IMG/VR virus record: IMGVR_UViG_3300050120_000152
Span: 1-64,000 of that record
Direction: 5' to 3' (one strand)
Length of the DNA: 64,000 bases
This document shows positions 57,322-64,000 of this stretch, piece by piece. The notes below the pieces were generated by a model that saw only the letters and a list, made by a program, of their open reading frames with translations, ran no database searches and was not told the DNA's origin. The stretch's first letter is position 1. Each line of letters opens with the position of its first letter. The position numbers were made by a program, and so were the translations under genes.

Positions 57322-57522
57322 ATGATAATATGTTTATGTAATGGTGTTACCGATAGAGATATTTTATGTGCTATTGATAGAGGTTTGGATACAGTTGATG
57401 CCTTATCAGATGAACTCAACGTGACGACCATCTGTGGATCATGTCAACATGAAATCGAAAGTTTAATACAGAAATTTGTTAAACCATCTAATCATTATTT
57501 AAAATTTGTTAAGATTGATTAA
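57322..57522 (+). CDS. bfd: Bacterioferritin-associated [2Fe-2S] ferredoxin
   Basis: MIICLCNGVTD..I...I..G......L.......CGSC. Confidence 0.9.
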   Translation: MIICLCNGVTDRDILCAIDRGLDTVDALSDELNVTTICGSCQHEIESLIQKFVKPSNHYLKFVKID

Positions 57523-57568
57523 CGATAAGCTATCTGATATCATGTCGTTAATATGGAACGATATATTT

Positions 57569-58267
57569 ATGAATTTTAAATTAATGGCAGAGCATAACCA
57601 ACGTATGCTTAAGACGTATACTCGCGATAAAGGTTATGTCAATCTTCGCGTAGCACAATTAGATTCAAATGGGAAAATATTGAATGTGTTTAAGAATCGG
57701 TATTCTGCATCACGTTATGTTATTGAAACTAAAATGTCTAATTATTTGAGTCCGAAAGGATTAGGGTTTACTCGCGCAGCCATTGCCGGAACTCTTACGA
57801 ATTGTATGATGAATACTGCATATGCCTATGGATATTATTGGAAGATTCTCTCGCCATACGATTCAAGTTTGGTCGTGACTAAAAAATATAAAAACGATTC
57901 AACTTATAAAAACAATAAAATATCCGATACTAAACGCTGGATCGTGATAGATAAAACTAAAGAAATAGAATTTAACTCATTAAAATCTATTTCTAAAACA
58001 TACAATATTGGTATTCGTACAGTCACACGTATGGCTAAAACTAACGAAACAATAAATGCTCTATCACTTATCAAGAAAAATATATTTCCTACAGAGAAGA
58101 CTTTTGATAGTTTTAGCCATATGCAACGATTCTTTAGAATTAGTAGAGAGACTGCCAAAAAAATTATTGATAATAAATTAATAATCCGTACATATATCCC
58201 AATTATACCTTCCGATAAATTAATAAAAAATTATGAAAAAACTAACTGCTTAAGGAAATTAGCATGA
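57569..58267 (+). CDS. NUMOD1-like DNA-binding repeat protein (homing-endonuclease remnant or regulator; start uncertain)
   Basis: VAQLDSNGKILNVF.N..SASR..AYGYYWK; further F.S...I repeats; no nuclease motif seen. Confidence 0.55.
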   Translation: MNFKLMAEHNQRMLKTYTRDKGYVNLRVAQLDSNGKILNVFKNRYSASRYVIETKMSNYLSPKGLGFTRAAIAGTLTNCMMNTAYAYGYYWKILSPYDSSLVVTKKYKNDSTYKNNKISDTKRWIVIDKTKEIEFNSLKSISKTYNIGIRTVTRMAKTNETINALSLIKKNIFPTEKTFDSFSHMQRFFRISRETAKKIIDNKLIIRTYIPIIPSDKLIKNYEKTNCLRKLA

Positions 58268-58794
58268 CACCAAATCTGTCCCAACACGGCATTACCGTAA
58301 AAAATGGTTTTGGATTTTTTTGGGGTGGTGTGCTATCTAATTGGTACAAATGTAACTTCATTGCTGAATCTGTTAAATATACATCTACCGAGCAGCATAT
58401 GATGTATAATAAAGCAGTATTGTTTAATGATCTACACATTGCTGGAAAGATATTAAAAACATCCAATACCAAAGAAATTAAAGCATTAGGTCGTAAAGTT
58501 AGAAATTTTGATCAGAAAGTTTGGGATCAGATGCATACCTTTATTGTCCTAGAAGGTAATTACGAGAAATTCATTCAAAATGAAAACCTTGCAGATATTT
58601 TGGTTGCTACCGAAGGGCTTGAATTAGTTGAGGCATCTCCATATGATAAAATTTGGGGTGTAGGTCTAGCAGTCGATCATCCAGATATCATTCATAAAGA
58701 TAAATGGCGTGGTACTAACCTATTAGGTAAAGTTTTAACTGATGTTAGAGCAGAAATAATTACTACAAGATCATTTAATGGATTGACAAGATGA
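58264..58794 (+). CDS. NADAR (YbiA/DUF1768) family protein
   Basis: FFWGG.LSNWY, TEQ.MM..KA.LF.D, KALGRKV.NFD, EASPYDKIWG.G, G.NLLG. Confidence 0.93.
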   Translation: MTPNLSQHGITVKNGFGFFWGGVLSNWYKCNFIAESVKYTSTEQHMMYNKAVLFNDLHIAGKILKTSNTKEIKALGRKVRNFDQKVWDQMHTFIVLEGNYEKFIQNENLADILVATEGLELVEASPYDKIWGVGLAVDHPDIIHKDKWRGTNLLGKVLTDVRAEIITTRSFNGLTR

Positions 58795-59000
58795 AAACCT
58801 TTGATGAAGCATGGGATGAATTAGGTTATGATTTTGGCAATGATGCATTAGAAAATGTAAAACTTGGCTGGGAATTATGTATTAAGTCTTTACCTAAAGT
58901 GCATACAATTAATTTAGAAGGGCTAAGTCGAAAAGAACAATATAAAATTATAGAATCTGTAAGAAACGGTACATACATAATGCCCAACTTGGGTGAATAA
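58791..59000 (+). CDS. Hypothetical protein
   Basis: ATGA overlap. Confidence 0.55.
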   Translation: MKTFDEAWDELGYDFGNDALENVKLGWELCIKSLPKVHTINLEGLSRKEQYKIIESVRNGTYIMPNLGE

Positions 59001-59002
59001 TC

Positions 59003-59521
59003 ATGATAATTACATTAGATTCAATAAAATTAGATAATAATTTTATACCATCTGAAACATATGATGGCAGAGTTCTATTGTTTCTTGATTTTGATGGTGT
59101 TCTTCATGCTTATGAACAAGGATATAAGCGAGATAAAGACAAAATTTTTATTCGTAACCATTTCATCGAAGATATTCTTCGAAAAATGCCTAATGTAGAA
59201 GTGGTAATATCCTCCAACTGGTCAAAGACATGTTCGTTAAATATCCTGAAAAATAAATTTTCAGAAGACGTGAGGCATCGCTTTATTGGTCATTTACGTA
59301 AACATACCACAAGTCGCTCCGATGATGTGCGAACCTATATGGAAACTCATGGTGAAGTAGATGTGCCATGGGTTGCTGTAGATGATCTAGCATATTTCCA
59401 TGATACCGATCCAGTAATTCGTACATCGTATAAGACAGGACTGATGGAAGACTCTTGTAAAGCCCTTGAAAATGCGTTATCATCACCTATTGAATATAAA
59501 AAATATAAAGAAACTATATGA
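59003..59521 (+). CDS. HAD-family phosphatase (RNA-repair 'Swiss army knife' type)
   Basis: LFLDFDGVL, VVISSNW, WVAVDD. Confidence 0.8.
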   Translation: MIITLDSIKLDNNFIPSETYDGRVLLFLDFDGVLHAYEQGYKRDKDKIFIRNHFIEDILRKMPNVEVVISSNWSKTCSLNILKNKFSEDVRHRFIGHLRKHTTSRSDDVRTYMETHGEVDVPWVAVDDLAYFHDTDPVIRTSYKTGLMEDSCKALENALSSPIEYKKYKETI

Positions 59522-59790
59522 AAACTCAAGGTAGATGTACAATAGGTGACATATTAAACACCATTGAAGGACTCAAAAAATGTGGATACACTGAGGAACA
59601 AATCAACGAACTTCCTGTTTATATCCAACGTATTGAAGATAGTTATTTTGAATCTGGTGGTTGGCGTACTAATGTCCGTCAATGGGGAGTTTATCAAGAA
59701 GATACTTCCGAATACATTGCAGCCTTTACCTCATTAATCAATAAAGATGAAAATGGTAATTTAGAATTTTGTATTGATGCACATTATTGA
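59518..59790 (+). CDS. Hypothetical protein
   Basis: ATGA overlap. Confidence 0.55.
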   Translation: MKTQGRCTIGDILNTIEGLKKCGYTEEQINELPVYIQRIEDSYFESGGWRTNVRQWGVYQEDTSEYIAAFTSLINKDENGNLEFCIDAHY

Positions 59791-59814
59791 TTTAAAAATA
59801 GCAGGAATATATTA

Positions 59815-60084
59815 ATGTTAAGAGACTGCCCAGAACCAACTGAATATGTATCGAAAACCTATCCAATTTTTGACTGGAAATTTTGTCAGAACTGTCACAA
59901 ACAATTTCGTCGTGAATGGGGCTGGAAATATGTAAAGCGCACATTACCAAAAATTGTAATATACAATTATATTTGTAATAAATGTGGAGAAGATGATAAA
60001 CTATATGTTGGTAAAATGGCATATAGATTTATGACCCGAAAACCTCCCAGACCAAGCCCGCCATCAGCACCACCTAAATATTAA
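59815..60084 (+). CDS. Small Zn-ribbon protein
   Basis: CQNC...CNKC. Confidence 0.55.
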   Translation: MLRDCPEPTEYVSKTYPIFDWKFCQNCHKQFRREWGWKYVKRTLPKIVIYNYICNKCGEDDKLYVGKMAYRFMTRKPPRPSPPSAPPKY

Positions 60085-60095
60085 ATGTTCAAGTA

Positions 60096-60124
60096 TTGAC
60101 TTTGAACATAAATAGTCATACAAT
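60096..60124 (+). promoter_or_regulatory. sigma70 promoter with nested late-type CATAAATA
   Basis: TTGACT-N17-TACAAT; CATAAATA 60107-60114. Confidence 0.65.
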
Positions 60125-60184
60125 GTACAAACTATATACGAATTACATGGGAGTCATGGATTAGTACCTAACCGGAGCTAACAC

Positions 60185-60760
60185 ATGATTAACCAAATAA
60201 TAAAAATTTCTAGTATAGATTATAAAGAATGTCGTTCAAAAATTCATCAGCATAAAACTAGATTAGTTCCATTAAATTTAATGGGTAAACTCAAGAGAAG
60301 TAAAGATGGATATTCAAATAAATGTAAAAAATGTGCGATAATTGAGCAACGTACATCAGACTCTAGAGGAAATAGACAACGATATAAAGAGAAAAGACGC
60401 TACAGAGAAGGCATGGATAAAACCCTCTGGCGTGGTTGTAAAGATAATGCAAAAATAAGAGGTATCGAATTTAATCTTGATCCTGAAGATATAGTTGTAC
60501 CGGATATATGTCCAATATTCAATATACCACTTATTAAAGATGTAAATTATTTAAAATATAATGGTCGTAAAAATCCAATGGGGGTGGATGAATATCCATC
60601 TATTGATAGATTAGACTCCACAAAAGGTTATATTAAAAATAATATAAATATAATTAGCTGGAAGGCAAATAACTTAAAAAGTAATGCTACTCTAGATGAT
60701 TTAGAAAAACTCTTGAAATGGGTCAAGAGTAAATATGAAACACAACACTTAGAAAGGTAA
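60185..60760 (+). mobile_element. HNH-type (endonuclease VII-like) homing endonuclease gene
   Basis: CPIF..PSIDRLDSTKGYIKNN..IISWKANNLKSN. Confidence 0.8.
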
Positions 60761-60765
60761 GTATT

Positions 60766-61887
60766 ATGAATAACAAAACAGAACGATTTCCCTATATTTG
60801 GAGCTTGTTTATCCTAAGAGGTCAAGGTTTTCACCTTGGTCACCTTCATAACATAAATGAAGCATTAAAAATTTCCAAATTTCTTATTATCTTACTCGGA
60901 AGCCATAACAAAGCAATTGACTTTGATGATCCGTGGACGGTTGAACAACGCCGTGAAATGATCGAAGCTTCTTTAACAGAAGACCAAAAAACCCGTATTT
61001 ATTTTCAATACATTGAAGACCGACTTTATTCTAATAGTACATGGATTGCCATGGCTCAAGAAAAAGTTGATTCTATTTTACTTCAATATAGCCGATATCG
61101 TTTAAATGCTATTGATAAAAACAAGCAGGTCAAAATGTGCATTATCGGCCATTCCAAGGATGAATCAAGTTGGTATCTTAAAGCATTTCCACATTTGGAT
61201 TTGGTTGAATTACCAAAATTCAATATTTTTGAATCAGATGGCCCCATAAATGCTACAGACATTCGTCATTACATTTACGAAAATAAATTTGGACATGCTA
61301 AAGCATTAATGCCCTCTGGAACCTATAATTGGATTATTAAAAACTGGATCAACACACCAGATGCCAAATATGTTAAAGATTGGTATGATTTTGAAATGAA
61401 ATACGAAGAACCATATTTAACTCAACCATATGCCGTAAATTTTTATACAGCAGATGCTGTAGTTATTCACAGTGGTCATGTTTTATTAGGACGCCGTAAA
61501 AATTTTCCGGGCAAAGATTATTGGGCAATTATTGGTGGGCATGTTAATGCTAATGAAACAGCACAAGAAGCTTCTGTTCGTGAATTATATGAAGAAACTA
61601 AAATTAGAATTTCTCCATTAGAATTGCAAAAGTGTCTTAAATTTGAAAAACTTTTTGACCATCCAAAGCGTTCAAAACGATGCTGTATGAGAACAAAAAA
61701 AGGTAGAACCATTTCTATGACCTATTGCTATGTTCTAGATAATGAGCTACAATTGCCTTATATTGAAGCTGATGATGATATCGCTGAAGTCAAATGGGTT
61801 CCATTCTCAGATATTAAAAATATGCGAAATGTTCTATTTGAAGATCATGCAGATATTTTGGATTATTGTATCAACCATATTAATTAA
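60766..61887 (+). CDS. nadM: Bifunctional NMN adenylyltransferase / ADP-ribose pyrophosphatase (NadM-Nudix)
   Basis: R.Q.FHLGH, GSHN, INATDIR, Nudix box GGHVNANETAQEASVRELYEET, FEDH. Confidence 0.92.
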   Translation: MNNKTERFPYIWSLFILRGQGFHLGHLHNINEALKISKFLIILLGSHNKAIDFDDPWTVEQRREMIEASLTEDQKTRIYFQYIEDRLYSNSTWIAMAQEKVDSILLQYSRYRLNAIDKNKQVKMCIIGHSKDESSWYLKAFPHLDLVELPKFNIFESDGPINATDIRHYIYENKFGHAKALMPSGTYNWIIKNWINTPDAKYVKDWYDFEMKYEEPYLTQPYAVNFYTADAVVIHSGHVLLGRRKNFPGKDYWAIIGGHVNANETAQEASVRELYEETKIRISPLELQKCLKFEKLFDHPKRSKRCCMRTKKGRTISMTYCYVLDNELQLPYIEADDDIAEVKWVPFSDIKNMRNVLFEDHADILDYCINHIN

Positions 61888-61901
61888 TATAAATTGGGAA
61901 A

Positions 61902-62096
61902 TTGAAGATGACAATGTGGAATTTAAAAAATTTAATAGATTATGTAAATCATGGTGGAGTATCATCCAGTAATGATGGCAAAACTTGGGTACCATGTAGA
62001 CCAGAAAGTGGTACATTTCTCTTCGAAAAGACAAAGGCTGCTTGGGAAGTGTTCCGAGGTCGTGCTGATGCTGTTCGATGGCCGCAAGGGCAATAA
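61902..62096 (+). CDS. Hypothetical protein
   Basis: 64-aa ORF 'WVPCRP..KAAWEVFRGRADAVRWP'. Confidence 0.55.
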   Translation: MKMTMWNLKNLIDYVNHGGVSSSNDGKTWVPCRPESGTFLFEKTKAAWEVFRGRADAVRWPQGQ

Positions 62097-62168
62097 TAAA
62101 GCAGTAAACAACATTGATGTAAGACGGGTTACATAAAACAAATTAATTGTCTAATAGGAGACATAACA

Positions 62169-63593
62169 ATGAACAGTACATTTAAAACAGAATATTTGAA
62201 CAACCTTACCGAGAATATGATTCTCGACGCAGATTCTTACAAGGCAAGCCATTTCGCTTTTCTTGAAGATGGTACTACAGACATTCGTCTATATATCGAG
62301 GCCCGCACTGGTGCAAAGCATCAAGCTGTGGTAATGGCTGGTATCCAAGCCTTCAACAAAAAGTACATGATGAAGCCAATCACTCAATTTATGATTGATC
62401 AGGCTGATTGGTTTCTTACCACTCATGGTGAGCCGTTTAATCGTGCTGGATGGGAATACGTGCTGAATTATCATGCTGGATATATGCCGGTCGTTATTAA
62501 AAGCGCCGAAGAAGGCACCACTATCCCTATTGGTTGCCCGTACATCACCGTAGAGAACACTGACAAGCATCCTTTGGCTGCATGGTGCAGTTCGTACATT
62601 GAAACGAAGATCATGCGTACATGGGCACCCATTGCTGTTGCAACACAGTCGAATCTTGTTCGCAAGCTTATCTTGGAATATCTTGAAAAGACTGGTACAC
62701 CAGAATTGATTGATTATAAGATGGTTGATTTTGGTAGCCGTGGTGTTAGCTCTAAGGAAACTGCCGAAATTCTTGGTGCTGCTCATCTTACTAGTTTTCG
62801 TTCTACAGATAATTTGATGGGCATTGCCCATGCAATGACATATTACAATGCTACTGAAATGTTGGGTGAATCTATCCCTGCCAGCGAGCATTCGGTGACC
62901 TGTGCACGCGGCAAGGAAGGTGAACTTCAGTTCTATCTTGACATTGTTGATCGTTTCCTTGGTGAAGGTAAGATGGTATCGGTTGTTGGTGATACTTATG
63001 ACCTTGATGTTATGCTTGATATGCTAGGAACTATGGTTAAGCCATATTTGCTTGCAAAGGGTGGCACATGGGTAGTTCGTCCAGATAGTGGTGATCCTGT
63101 TCTTCAGGTCATGCAAACTATTCGCAAGTTGGAATTATATTTTGGTACAACTACCAATGATAAGGGCTATAAGGTTCTTCATCCTTCTGTTAGAATCATT
63201 CAAGGAGATGGTGTAGATGCTGCGTCGATCCATCGTATCTTGGTGGCTCTTGAGACGGCACATTATAGTGCGGACAATATCACATTTGGTTCGGGTGGTT
63301 GGTTGCTACAGTCGTTGAATCGTGACACCAATCGTACTGCCATGAAAGCATCGTATGTTGAAGTGGGTGATCGTAAGCTTGAAATCCGTAAGGAAGTCAA
63401 AACTGACCCAAGCAAGGCTTCGAAAGCTGGACGTGTTACTACTGTACTTCGCAACGGTAAGAAAATCTGTGTCAAGGAAGATGATATGATTGAAGGCGAT
63501 ATTGATCTTCTTAATGAAACCTATCGTGATGGTGAAGTCTTGAATTTGATTGACTTTGCGACAGTACGAGAGAACGTAAAAGCTGGGAAGTGA
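62169..63593 (+). CDS. nadV: Nicotinamide phosphoribosyltransferase (NAMPT)
   Basis: DSYKASH, DFGSRG, AAHL.SF.STD, IPASEHS, SVVGDTYD, VVRPDSGDP, IIQGDG, FGSGG, KASK.G. Confidence 0.95.
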   Translation: MNSTFKTEYLNNLTENMILDADSYKASHFAFLEDGTTDIRLYIEARTGAKHQAVVMAGIQAFNKKYMMKPITQFMIDQADWFLTTHGEPFNRAGWEYVLNYHAGYMPVVIKSAEEGTTIPIGCPYITVENTDKHPLAAWCSSYIETKIMRTWAPIAVATQSNLVRKLILEYLEKTGTPELIDYKMVDFGSRGVSSKETAEILGAAHLTSFRSTDNLMGIAHAMTYYNATEMLGESIPASEHSVTCARGKEGELQFYLDIVDRFLGEGKMVSVVGDTYDLDVMLDMLGTMVKPYLLAKGGTWVVRPDSGDPVLQVMQTIRKLELYFGTTTNDKGYKVLHPSVRIIQGDGVDAASIHRILVALETAHYSADNITFGSGGWLLQSLNRDTNRTAMKASYVEVGDRKLEIRKEVKTDPSKASKAGRVTTVLRNGKKICVKEDDMIEGDIDLLNETYRDGEVLNLIDFATVRENVKAGK

Positions 63594-63594
63594 T

Positions 63595-64000
63595 ATGATT
63601 AATGAAATCTTATTAAGGTCATATACCGAAGAAGGTTATGACAAAATACAAGAAATCATGAGTGTCATTATGTCTCACACTGACATGGAAGTTAGTGTGG
63701 TAGATCATTCAAGGGTTTCATATTTAGACTTTGATATTTTAGATGATGAGGTTATTATCAGTATTGACAAGTTCATTTCAGAACAGTTGAACGTGCCATA
63801 TTTCCAAATTTCAAGAGTCTTTAATCTTAATGGTAAACCACTATATCGTCATGTTAGTGGGGATATTGTAAGCACTGGCGCTAATGTTCGTATCATCGAC
63901 ACCGATAAAGTATTTGGCGATAGTATTAAATTAGCATGTGAGATATTTAACACACCTAACTACTCCACGTTATTGACTCTTAACAAAAATCAAGACCTTA
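63595..64000 (+). CDS. Partial ORF, phosphoribosyltransferase-like (degenerate PRPP loop)
   Basis: Open to the window end; 'NVRIIDTDKVFGDSIKLACEIF' resembles PRTase V.hhDD...GGTh. Confidence 0.45.
   Translation, partial: MINEILLRSYTEEGYDKIQEIMSVIMSHTDMEVSVVDHSRVSYLDFDILDDEVIISIDKFISEQLNVPYFQISRVFNLNGKPLYRHVSGDIVSTGANVRIIDTDKVFGDSIKLACEIFNTPNYSTLLTLNKNQDL

Noticed and set aside
57569-58267. Active homing endonuclease
   Set aside because: Only NUMOD1-like DNA-binding repeats are recognisable; no HNH, GIY-YIG or PD-(D/E)xK motif.

Overview
A 64-kb, AT-rich, gene-dense segment of a jumbo T4-like (myovirus) phage genome in the standard genetic code. The host is probably a Gram-negative proteobacterium, judging from the spanins, OM beta-barrel, Bfd with a Fur box and sigma70 promoters; resemblance to Rak2/GAP32/XacN1-type jumbo phages is my inference. 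Contents: an accessory/tRNA region (8 tRNAs, interleaved homing endonucleases, a porin-like moron, an ART-fold protein); head and tail genes (scaffold, major capsid, sheath, two greatly extended neck proteins); replication/recombination genes (helicase, SSB, UvsX/Y/W, clamp loader, two separate DnaE-palm fragments); packaging genes; PT-linker virion proteins; spanins; and an NAD+/ADP-ribose module (NADAR, NadM-Nudix, NAMPT). Sigma70 promoters, T4-type late promoters (TATAAATA) and intrinsic terminators are readable throughout. Main highlights: (1) the large terminase is fractured by an atypical split intein, with a 28-aa IntN and an IntC fused to a Vsr-like endonuclease that has its own late promoter and RBS, and it is preceded by an ATPase-only paralog ending at the intein insertion site; (2) two virion proteins carry non-canonical C-terminal Hint domains; (3) a DEDD exonuclease fold has its acidic catalytic residues replaced by His; (4) a bfd gene has a near-perfect Fur box over its -35 element. 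All family assignments come from motif recognition by eye; no database searches were run.
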